Shown: positions 9,445 to 17,448 of the stretch, piece after piece
Position numbering within the stretch: the stretch's first letter is position 1
Layout: each line of letters begins with the position of its first letter
From: Gemmatimonadaceae bacterium
GTDB lineage: Bacteria; Gemmatimonadota; Gemmatimonadetes; Gemmatimonadales; Gemmatimonadaceae
Reading direction: 5' to 3'
Length of the DNA stretch: 64,000 bases
Assembly: GCA_050733495.1 (NCBI GenBank)
Contig: JBOHTC010000236.1
Location: forward strand, 88,098-152,097
The notes under the pieces: generated by a model
Database searches by the model: none
Told to the model about the DNA's origin: nothing
Seen by the model: only the letters and a program-made list of their open reading frames with translations
Position numbers and translations under genes: made by a program

Positions 9445-10059
9445 ATGCCCGGAACTCTCGTCAAGTCACTCCCATTCGCTCTTACGCTACTGCGGCTTCT
9501 CCTTGCGCCGGTGCTGGTCGGCCTTGTCTACGCCGATGCTTCGGGCGTCACGTTCGCGGCAGTCGTGCTGGCAGCTTTCGTCTCGGATTATTTCGACGGA
9601 GTGGTTGCCCGCCGTCTCGGTGTCTCGACACCCGAGCTTCGCCACTTCGACAGCAGAGCGGATCTAGTGTTCTACGCGACCGCGGCGTGGGCCGTGTGGA
9701 TGATGCGGACGGACGTCGCGAGAACAATCGCGGTGCCAGCGCTCGTGGTCATCGCTCTGGACGTGATTCGGCACATTTTCGATTTCGTTAAATTCGGCCG
9801 AGACGTCGCGTATCATGCGTGGAGCTCCAAGGCGTGGGGTCTATCGCTCGCCCTTGCGCTAGTACTGCTGCTCGGGTTCGGCATCGCGCGACCGTTCGTA
9901 TGGATTGCCGTCTGGTTCGGCGTTGCGGCGCAACTGGAAGGTCTTCTGATCTCGGTGATTTTGCCGGAGTGGACGAGTGACGTCTCCAGCTTTGCGAGAG
10001 CGGTCGCGCTTCGGAAAACTGCGAACATCTCGGAAACGGTGCACGACAAGGACGCATAA
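9445..10059 (+). CDS. CDP-alcohol phosphatidyltransferase family protein
   Basis: LTLLRL and DYFDGVVARRLGVST..FDSRAD signature; multiple TM helices. Confidence 0.88.
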   Translation: MPGTLVKSLPFALTLLRLLLAPVLVGLVYADASGVTFAAVVLAAFVSDYFDGVVARRLGVSTPELRHFDSRADLVFYATAAWAVWMMRTDVARTIAVPALVVIALDVIRHIFDFVKFGRDVAYHAWSSKAWGLSLALALVLLLGFGIARPFVWIAVWFGVAAQLEGLLISVILPEWTSDVSSFARAVALRKTANISETVHDKDA

Positions 10060-10218
10060 GTCTTTTGGGGGCGCTGTGATTGCGGCGATCATCTGTGGCG
10101 CGAGCGAATCTGCAAGCACATTCTCGCCGCGCTACTCAGAGAGGGCAACGAACGTGTAGTGCGAGCGCTCGGCACTGTGGTCGAGCGCCTGCGCACCACG
10201 CGAGAAATCGCCGCCTGA
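10060..10218 (+). pseudogene. 5'-truncated SWIM zinc-finger gene remnant
   Basis: Directly after the TAA of the preceding gene, the same frame reads VFWGRCDCGDHLWRERICKHILAALLREGNERVVRALG...*. CxC..CxH SWIM signature; no start codon ahead of the motif. Confidence 0.6.
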
Positions 10219-10243
10219 AATCACATTGGAATCGTCGGGCCAG

Positions 10244-10507
10244 TCACCGGCTCGACGATTTTCTTCTTCCTCCTGATTTCCGTCGGCCGGAGCTCTTCCT
10301 GCCACGTTTGCGGGGAACTTTGGCGCCTTTCTTACGAGCTTCGGACAGTCCGATCGCGATTGCCTGTTTGCGACTCTTGACCTTTCCGCCTTTCCCTCCG
10401 CGTCCCGATTTCAGCGTTCCCTTTTTGCGGCGACGCATCGCGCTCTCGACTCGCTTCGATGCGGCTTTGCCATACTTCCGCCTGCCTGAAGATTTTCGCG
10501 CGGCCAT
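10244..10507 (-). CDS. Small, highly basic DUF6496-like protein
   Basis: MAARKSSGRRKYGK...KGTLKSGRGGKGGKVKSRKQAIAIGLSEARKKGAKVP; GGAGG RBS before the ATG at 10507. Confidence 0.8.
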   Translation of the reverse strand: MAARKSSGRRKYGKAASKRVESAMRRRKKGTLKSGRGGKGGKVKSRKQAIAIGLSEARKKGAKVPRKRGRKSSGRRKSGGRRKSSSR

Positions 10508-10551
10508 GCTCGTCCTCCGGAGTAGAATGGAATAACCGTTCCGCGTCGGGA

Positions 10552-10568
10552 TGGCGCATGTTGTGCCA
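10552..10568. promoter_or_regulatory. Palindromic site giving sigma54-like GG-N10-GC on both strands
   Basis: TGGCGCATGTTGTGCCA, between divergent genes starting at 10507(-) and 10615(+). Confidence 0.35.
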
Positions 10569-10614
10569 CAGAACATGATCGTGATCGATTCTTCGTCACT
10601 CTCAAGGCGCAATC

Positions 10615-10995
10615 ATGCACAGCCGGACGGGTACGGAAGCCGAAGCCATTAATCGTCTCACGATCGGTGTTCAGCCGGCGGAGATGCGGGCAATTCTCGT
10701 GCAATGTCTGGCTGGAGAGGTGGCTCCGTCGGTCGCTATCGCTCGGATGTTAGCCGAAGGCGCGCCACACACGGTGCGTGCGGCAATCGACGATGTGACG
10801 CGCCGCGCAGCAACGATCTCTCGAGCGAGCGATATGCTCGTGCACGACCGCGTCGACGAGCTAACGCAGATCTTCGTCGAGAACGTGGCTGCGCTCGCGG
10901 ATGTCAGCGACGCCAGGAAATCCACGCCGCGCCAGGACGCGCCCGTCCCCAGGTCGCAGGACTCGAATCAGCATAACGATTTTCGCAACGGTTGA
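10615..10995 (+). CDS. Hypothetical protein
   Basis: 126-aa ORF filling the gap; plausible helical composition; no recognised motif. Confidence 0.55.
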   Translation: MHSRTGTEAEAINRLTIGVQPAEMRAILVQCLAGEVAPSVAIARMLAEGAPHTVRAAIDDVTRRAATISRASDMLVHDRVDELTQIFVENVAALADVSDARKSTPRQDAPVPRSQDSNQHNDFRNG

Positions 10996-10996
10996 A

Positions 10997-11266
10997 TCAC
11001 CGAGGCGCCTCATCGGAATTGGGTGGACCACCGTGCTCGCGCCGATCCGAACGCCGACGATCCCCGCCCCGCCTTTCCTTGCGCGAACGCGAGCGAAGCC
11101 AGCGGTAAGTGACAAAGAAAGCGATGGCAAAGATGATCCAGTAAAACGGCTTCAGGAGCTGGTCTAACGCGGGCGCCTGCAACTCGATCCAGTAGATCAG
11201 AGCGATCAGGAGCAACGAGGTCCCCCACACGACGAGCAACTGATGAGGTCTCCGACCATAGATCAT
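10997..11266 (-). CDS. Small two-TM membrane protein with basic tail
   Basis: AGGAGG 10 nt upstream; two hydrophobic helices, then RSRSRKERRGGDRRRSDRR. Confidence 0.7.
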   Translation of the reverse strand: MIYGRRPHQLLVVWGTSLLLIALIYWIELQAPALDQLLKPFYWIIFAIAFFVTYRWLRSRSRKERRGGDRRRSDRREHGGPPNSDEAPR

Positions 11267-11389
11267 CCTGTGGTGGCCTCCTCAGCGGTCACACGCGAGG
11301 CGGAGATTCCGATCTGTTCGGCGCAATCTTGTAGAGAGCACGATTCGGGCAGACTGGTCTGGAAGGTTCCTTGCACCATCGAACTCCAA

Positions 11390-12073
11390 ATGGGTGTGAG
11401 CGTTCAGACGGCCAAGAAGCCGTACAACATCCACGCAATGCTCCGCCGGATTCGACTGGAAGTCAAGCAATTCGCCGACGCTGCGATGTTCGACCTCGCC
11501 GAACAGGGGTACGCGACTGCATTTCACCAACTCGTTGCGTGCATAATATCGGTGAGAACGCGGGACGAGGTGTCACTACCTACCGCCATTCGACTCTTCG
11601 AGATGGCGCCAACGGCCCAAGCGATCAGCCGAATGAGGGTGGCGCAAATTGCGGAAGTCATCCGGGCGTCGACGTTCTACGAGACGAAAGCACACAACAT
11701 CCACGCTCTCGCCAAACGCGTCGCTGAAGAATACCACGGAAACCTGCCGTGCGATTTCGAGGTGATGACATCTTTTCGCGGGGTTGGACCCAAGTGCGCT
11801 AATCTCACTCTGGGAATAGCGTGCGGGGCGACGGAGATCAGCGTCGATGTGCACGTCGATCGAGTCACCAATAGGTGGGGATACGTGCAAACGTCGTCTC
11901 CAGACGCGACTCGGGTGGCGCTCGAGAACAAACTGCCGACTAAGTACTGGGTGGAAATCAACCGGCTACTGGTGCCGTTCGGAAAGCACGTCTGTACGGG
12001 TCGCCTACCCAAGTGCTCGAGGTGCCCGGTCCTCGAATATTGCCGGCAGGTGGGGGTCACGGAGCAACGGTAG
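11390..12073 (+). CDS. nth: Endonuclease III (HhH-GPD, 4Fe-4S)
   Basis: IISVRTRD, FRGVGPKCA, VDVHVDRV, C-x6-C-x2-C-x5-C (CTGRLPKCSRCPVLEYC). Start shortened. Confidence 0.9.
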   Translation: MGVSVQTAKKPYNIHAMLRRIRLEVKQFADAAMFDLAEQGYATAFHQLVACIISVRTRDEVSLPTAIRLFEMAPTAQAISRMRVAQIAEVIRASTFYETKAHNIHALAKRVAEEYHGNLPCDFEVMTSFRGVGPKCANLTLGIACGATEISVDVHVDRVTNRWGYVQTSSPDATRVALENKLPTKYWVEINRLLVPFGKHVCTGRLPKCSRCPVLEYCRQVGVTEQR

Positions 12074-12578
12074 CCGGTGGTTGGTCTCCGGCAATTTGGG
12101 CCAGCGAGTCCCCGGTCAAGCGAAACGTCGCCCAATCGTGCATTTCCTTCGCGCCGATCTGCTTGTAGAAGTTGATCGCCAGCTCGTTCCATTTCAGAAC
12201 CGACCAATCGATGCGGCCGCAGTCACGATCGATGGCGATCCGCGCCAGTTTGCGCAGTAGGGCGAAACCAATTCCGTGTTTTCTCGCCGACGGCCTGACG
12301 AAAAGATCCTCGAGATAGATACCGCGTTTGCCGAGCCAGGTCGAATAGTTGTGGAAGAAAAGAGCGAAACCAGCTGGCATGTTGTCCAGATATGCGATCA
12401 GAACCTCAGCGGCGGGACGCGCCCCGAACAACGTTTCTACGAGATCTTTCTCCGAGACGGGCGCCTCACCCGGAAGCGCGCGCTCATATTCAGCCAGCTC
12501 CAGAATGAGCTGGCGAATGAGCGGGACATCCTTTCTCGTGGCGGCAACAATCCTGATCTCGGCTGAGGTCTTGGTCAT
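12057..12578 (-). CDS. GNAT N-acetyltransferase (spermidine/spermine acetyltransferase-like)
   Basis: YSTWLGKRGIYLEDLFVRPSARKHGIG, WSVLKWNELAINFY. Confidence 0.9.
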   Translation of the reverse strand: MTKTSAEIRIVAATRKDVPLIRQLILELAEYERALPGEAPVSEKDLVETLFGARPAAEVLIAYLDNMPAGFALFFHNYSTWLGKRGIYLEDLFVRPSARKHGIGFALLRKLARIAIDRDCGRIDWSVLKWNELAINFYKQIGAKEMHDWATFRLTGDSLAQIAGDQPPATVAP

Positions 12579-12629
12579 TCGGGCATTATCCGACTGGCAG
12601 AATCGGGTGTCAATGCCATCTTTTCGCGG

Positions 12630-15116
12630 ATGAAAAATCGATTCTGGAATCTTCTACTCATCTCGCTGGGCGCGGGCGCCTGTGGCTCTCCTTCGCCGCG
12701 GGTCAGGGCAGGAATCGCCGCACAGGATCCCGCCGGCGCGCGCCGCCTGCCGACCGGGGTGACGCTCGATCCGGCTGGTACCTCTTTCGATCTCGGATCC
12801 ATGCCGCTGGCGATGGCAGTGGCTCCGGAGAAGGATCGAGTCGTGGTCCTCCTTAACGGATGGATGAAACAGGGAATCCAGGTTGTCGACCCAGCCACGG
12901 AGCGCGTCACTCAAACCATACCGCTGCCGGCGGTATTTCTTGGGCTCACTTTCAGCCCTGACGGCAAATCACTCTACGTCTCCGGCGGCAACCAGGAGGT
13001 CATCTATCGTTTCGATTGGCGTGACGGAGCAGCGACTCTCGCCGACAGCATCGCGCTGATCGCCAAGAAGAAAGGAAGCCGGGGCATCAAGTATCCTGCC
13101 GGAATTGGAATCTCACCAGACGGCCGCACCCTGTACGCCGCAGAGAATCTTGATGACTCTCTCGCCGTGATCGATCTCGCAACGCGCAGGGTTGTACAAA
13201 GGCTTGGTACTGAGCGCTATCCGTATGGCGTCGCCGTCGCGCCGGATGGTACCGTTTACGTGTCAGCCTGGGACGGTTGGACTGTATCGATTTTCTCACC
13301 CACAGCAAGCGGAACGCTGAGCGAAGGTGTCCGGATACACGTTGGGCGACATCCGTCCGCCCTCGCTCTCAATCGCGACGGATCGCGACTCTTCATCGCA
13401 TCGGGAAGCACGGACAAAATTGCAGTCCTCGACACGAAGGCGCCCCGCGTCATTGCAACTCTCAACGACCCATCACCCGCCGGGAACGGCGAAGGCAGCA
13501 CTCCCGACGCGCTGGCGCTTTCGGCGGATGGTGGGCGACTGTTCGTTGCCGAGGCGGACAACAATGCGGCGGCGGTCTTCGATCTGTCGGCTGCGACATC
13601 GGGGATATCAACAGCCAGCGGTAACGACCTGCTGCTGGGGAGGGTGCCGGTGGGCTGGTATCCGTCTGCAATCGCAATCGAAGGCGGCGAGGTTCTGGTT
13701 GCGAACGGAAAAGGGCGCGGCACGGCGCCAAACGTCGGACACTGGCAGCCGGGCGAGCAACATCCGCGCGTTTCGCCTGATTACACGCTCGGGCAAATAA
13801 TGGGAACTCTAAGCGTTCTTCCGTTGTCGGCCTTCAGTGCCACTGACATCCCTAGCTATTCACAGCGGGTTGCTTCGGCCAATGGCTGGAACGCTGCGAA
13901 GCCCGCCGCGAAGTACCCGCCATTCGAACACGTCATCTACATCATCAAGGAAAACCGGACCTACGATCAAGTTCTGGGTGATCTAACTCAGGCGGATGGG
14001 GACTCATCCCTGACCTTCTTCCCTCGTGCCATCTCTCCAAACCATCACGCGCTCGCCGAACGCTTTGGAATCTTCGACAGATTCTTCGTGAACGCAGAAG
14101 TGAGTCCCGACGGGCACAATTGGTCTACCGCGGCGTACGTCACCGACTACGCGGAGAAAACCATTCCCACGCAGTATTCCTATCTGGGCCGGCCCTACGA
14201 CTACGAGGGAGGAAATCGTGATTCTGTCCCGGTTGACGATGTCGCCGAACCGTCGAGTGGATACCTGTGGAACCTGGCGGACCGCGCCGGGATCTCCTAC
14301 CGGAACTACGGCGAATACGTCGACGAGCCGGCGTCGATGTCAACTATGCAGCCGCAGGTCACGCCACCCGCTAAGCCGGTAGTGTATACAGCGACGAAGC
14401 CAACGTTGCGGGCGCATACCGACAGCGAGTATGCAGGGTTCGCGTTGAATGTCCCTGACCAGGTGCGCGTCGACGTCTGGCTGAAGGAGTTTCAGGAATA
14501 CGTAAGATCGGGACAGTTGCCGGCACTCGAGATAATGCGGCTACCTAACGATCACACGTCGGGCGCTAGTGGCGGAATGCCAACACCGCGCGCATACATG
14601 GCGGACAACGATCTAGCCCTGGGCCGGATCGTCGAGGCTCTGTCGAGGAGTCCGTTCTGGAAAAGCACCGTCGTCTTCGTCCTCGAGGATGACGCGCAAG
14701 ATGGTCCGGACCACGTCGATTCTCACCGCTCCCCCCTGCTCGTAATCTCGGCTTACAACAGGGGCAAGGTGTTTCACAGGTTCGCAAACACCACCGACGT
14801 GCTCGCTACTATCGAGGACATTCTCCACCTCGACAGAATGTCGCAATTCGATCAGTACGGCAGACCGTTGCGCGAAATATGGGAGACGACGCCGGATCTG
14901 ACGCCATACACGGCTCTGACGTCGAGCGTGTCGTTAACGGAGACAAATCCGAGGAGGGGAGCGATGGCTGAAGCGTCGAAGAGGCTCTCGCTGAAGAAAG
15001 AAGATACTTCGGACGAAGATCTCTTCAATCGCATTCTGTGGACGACGATCAAGGGCGACAAACCCTATCCGGGGACGAATAGGATGTCCACTCTGGAAGT
15101 GAACATGTCGCGGTGA
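12630..15116 (+). CDS. Lipoprotein: YncE-like beta-propeller plus phosphoesterase domain
   Basis: Lipobox AGAC; repeated SPDG propeller motifs; YIIKENRTYDQV, LPNDHT, DDAQDGPDHVDSHRS. Confidence 0.85.
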   Translation: MKNRFWNLLLISLGAGACGSPSPRVRAGIAAQDPAGARRLPTGVTLDPAGTSFDLGSMPLAMAVAPEKDRVVVLLNGWMKQGIQVVDPATERVTQTIPLPAVFLGLTFSPDGKSLYVSGGNQEVIYRFDWRDGAATLADSIALIAKKKGSRGIKYPAGIGISPDGRTLYAAENLDDSLAVIDLATRRVVQRLGTERYPYGVAVAPDGTVYVSAWDGWTVSIFSPTASGTLSEGVRIHVGRHPSALALNRDGSRLFIASGSTDKIAVLDTKAPRVIATLNDPSPAGNGEGSTPDALALSADGGRLFVAEADNNAAAVFDLSAATSGISTASGNDLLLGRVPVGWYPSAIAIEGGEVLVANGKGRGTAPNVGHWQPGEQHPRVSPDYTLGQIMGTLSVLPLSAFSATDIPSYSQRVASANGWNAAKPAAKYPPFEHVIYIIKENRTYDQVLGDLTQADGDSSLTFFPRAISPNHHALAERFGIFDRFFVNAEVSPDGHNWSTAAYVTDYAEKTIPTQYSYLGRPYDYEGGNRDSVPVDDVAEPSSGYLWNLADRAGISYRNYGEYVDEPASMSTMQPQVTPPAKPVVYTATKPTLRAHTDSEYAGFALNVPDQVRVDVWLKEFQEYVRSGQLPALEIMRLPNDHTSGASGGMPTPRAYMADNDLALGRIVEALSRSPFWKSTVVFVLEDDAQDGPDHVDSHRSPLLVISAYNRGKVFHRFANTTDVLATIEDILHLDRMSQFDQYGRPLREIWETTPDLTPYTALTSSVSLTETNPRRGAMAEASKRLSLKKEDTSDEDLFNRILWTTIKGDKPYPGTNRMSTLEVNMSR

Positions 15117-15640
15117 GCAGGACGAATTCAAGGATCGTCGAGGGGGAATCGCGCGGCATCCTTGGTTCCGATTCCGCGAGTCGGATGCGTCGCGTCCGGG
15201 TGCTCGGAAAACTGCTCGACAATTCGATATCGATTCCCGGGACGACCTGGAAGATCGGCTTCGATCCGATCGTCGGACTGATTCCGGGAATTGGAGATTT
15301 GATTGGCGCGGTGCTGTCCGGCTACATCGTTCTGGAAGCGGTACGCGCGGAAGTTCCGACGTTCACACTGGTGCGAATGCTGGTGAACGTTGGAATCGAC
15401 ACGCTACTCGGTGCTATTCCGGCTGTGGGCGACGTGTTCGATGCTGCATGGAAGTCGAACTCGATGAATGTCGCTCTTCTCGAGCGTCACCTGGGTGCCG
15501 CCGATGTAGCAGCGCCGAAAACGCATAACGTTATCGGCGTGGTGGTAGTCGCGGTTGTGGCGCTGGTTCTGATTCTGGGTGCCGGGCTCGCGTTGGGTGT
15601 GTTTGTGGCGCGATTGCTCTGGGGGCTCACGACCCGATAA
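15113..15640 (+). CDS. DUF4112 family membrane protein
   Basis: LLDNSISIPGT..IGFDPIVGLIPGIGD, GDVFDAAWKSN..N..LL. Confidence 0.85.
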   Translation: MSRTNSRIVEGESRGILGSDSASRMRRVRVLGKLLDNSISIPGTTWKIGFDPIVGLIPGIGDLIGAVLSGYIVLEAVRAEVPTFTLVRMLVNVGIDTLLGAIPAVGDVFDAAWKSNSMNVALLERHLGAADVAAPKTHNVIGVVVVAVVALVLILGAGLALGVFVARLLWGLTTR

Positions 15641-15651
15641 CTTTGTCGCAC

Positions 15652-15723
15652 GGCGCCGTGGCCAAGTGGTAAGGCGGCAGACTGCAAATCTGCTATTCGT
15701 CAGTTCGATTCTGACCGGCGCCT
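15652..15723 (+). tRNA. tRNA-Cys (GCA)
   Basis: GGCGCC acceptor stem, D-loop GCCAAGTGGTAAGGC, anticodon arm GCAGA-CTGCAAA-TCTGC, T-loop GTTCGATTC; CCA not encoded. Confidence 0.97.
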
Positions 15724-15907
15724 CTCAGGTCGGCCGTTCTCCCAGGCTCGGTGAGAGAGGGTGGCACGTAGCCGGCCGCCTGCACCCGATCGGCTGTGAC
15801 GAACATGATATATGGGTTGATGAAGAAGCACGTGTAACGGTAAAACCTTTTTGACTGAAGCTCCGTCCAACACCTATGTCCGCGGTAGCGGCTTCGTGGG
15901 GGGCGGT

Positions 15908-17302
15908 ATGCAGTGGTCGAAGGGTGGGACCGTGTCCGGCAGGTCGACTCAGGTACATTACGTCCCGCCGCACGCATGTAGCATCGGCGCTCTCACCCTC
16001 TTGCTCTCCGCCTGTCTCGAGACATCGAGCGCGTTTCAGGAGATGGCCGAACGGGCGAACCCAATTGCGCCCAACTCATTGGGGCGTGCGGAGGAATCCG
16101 CGGCAGCAGACGGCCGTACCGATGATTTCTGGGATGCGATTGCGAATCTCGACCTGGTTGCAGTGCGTCAGACGGCGCGCACGGATCCACAGGCGCGCTT
16201 CGCCGACGCCGTCGTTGCGCTCGCGGCTGGAGACGACGCGCGGGCCGAAAGATCGTTCGGTGAAATGAGTGTCGAGACGTCGGATCCAAACGTCGCGACG
16301 GCTTCGCAGCTGATGTTCGCGGCTACTCTCTTATACGAGCACAAGTGGTCGACCCTACGGAATCTGGCAACGGATTTGAAGCTCGCTTCAGCGGACAGTC
16401 AGAGCATTTCCGGAGTGCAGAGATGGGGCAACGCATTCGCCGAGCTCGATTCGCAAATAATCGAATTCCCGGACGTGCCCGTGACACTGCCGTTGCGGGT
16501 GACCCAGCTTGGGACTCCAATAATAAAGGTGAGCGTCAACGGCCATGAGTACCGATTCTGGCTGGACACTGGATCGAGTATCACCGTGCTCAGCTCCGAT
16601 GTCGCGGAAGAGGCGGGGGTTTCCGTTCTCGGCAGTGATACCCTCACGATTGCGACATTCGCCGGCTTTGCTCCAGCCAGGCCGGCGGTCGCAAAACGGG
16701 TAGAGCTGGGAAGCATAGTACTCACCAACGTTCCCGCGATAATCATCGAATCGCGGTTGATGCGGGTTCAGTCAACCGCCCCGGGAGTGCCGCCTTCGGG
16801 TCTGCCTGTAGATGGCATCATCGGATGGGACACAATCCGCAGGTTCGACATCTTGCTCGATTATGAAAATGGAAGAGTTACCCTGCAGCGACCGGATAAC
16901 CTCGGAACGCGCGGCACGTCGTCGCAAAACCTGATGTGGGTCGGCAAACCTTTCATCGAAGTGCGGACCAAATCAGGAATGACACTCCACTTCAGTCTCG
17001 ACACCGGTGCGCAGGCGAGTTTCCTGAACGCGTCCACTCTGAAGAAAGCGCGGGCCGTCGCGGGCAACTCGGATGCGCGGCCGTACGGTATAGCGAGGAG
17101 CGGCGGCCAAAAGGCCCAGGCTGTCCACGCATTGAGCGTTGATGTTGGAGGGAGGTCGATGATGTTGACAGGCCTGATCGTGTATTATCCTTCCTCAGCT
17201 GGCCTCGTAACCTGCGACGGAATCCTGGGCAGCGACATCGCGCAGTTTGGAAGTATCAGGATTGACGCCACCAATGGGCTGTTCTCCGTAGGTGCCGGAT
17301 AA
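15908..17302 (+). CDS. Lipoprotein with two retropepsin-like aspartyl protease domains
   Basis: Lipobox LSAC; FWLDTGSS..DGIIG and FSLDTGAQ..DGILG. Start uncertain (15851, 15908 or 15932). Confidence 0.8.
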   Translation: MQWSKGGTVSGRSTQVHYVPPHACSIGALTLLLSACLETSSAFQEMAERANPIAPNSLGRAEESAAADGRTDDFWDAIANLDLVAVRQTARTDPQARFADAVVALAAGDDARAERSFGEMSVETSDPNVATASQLMFAATLLYEHKWSTLRNLATDLKLASADSQSISGVQRWGNAFAELDSQIIEFPDVPVTLPLRVTQLGTPIIKVSVNGHEYRFWLDTGSSITVLSSDVAEEAGVSVLGSDTLTIATFAGFAPARPAVAKRVELGSIVLTNVPAIIIESRLMRVQSTAPGVPPSGLPVDGIIGWDTIRRFDILLDYENGRVTLQRPDNLGTRGTSSQNLMWVGKPFIEVRTKSGMTLHFSLDTGAQASFLNASTLKKARAVAGNSDARPYGIARSGGQKAQAVHALSVDVGGRSMMLTGLIVYYPSSAGLVTCDGILGSDIAQFGSIRIDATNGLFSVGAG

Positions 17303-17339
17303 TCACGATGTCGGCCATGGACCGGGCGAGCCCGGCAAG

Positions 17340-17358
17340 CGGGGTGAAACCCCGTTTT
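17340..17358 (+). terminator. Rho-independent terminator
   Basis: CGGGG-TGAAA-CCCCG-TTTT after the protease gene. Confidence 0.65.
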
Positions 17359-17448
17359 AGCTATCGGCGTAGATGAAGTACCAACCCATGGGTTCTCCTG
17401 CGTTTGGAGACCTTCCGTCCAATCCATCATCAGCATTACGAAAGGTTC

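Noticed and set aside
15762-15776. Sigma54 box TGGCACG-N6-GC after the tRNA
   Set aside because: The -12 element lacks TT and the site lies in a GC-rich hairpin, where chance matches are likely.
15652-17302. tRNA-Cys as an island integration site
   Set aside because: No integrase and no duplicated tRNA 3' end was seen in the window.
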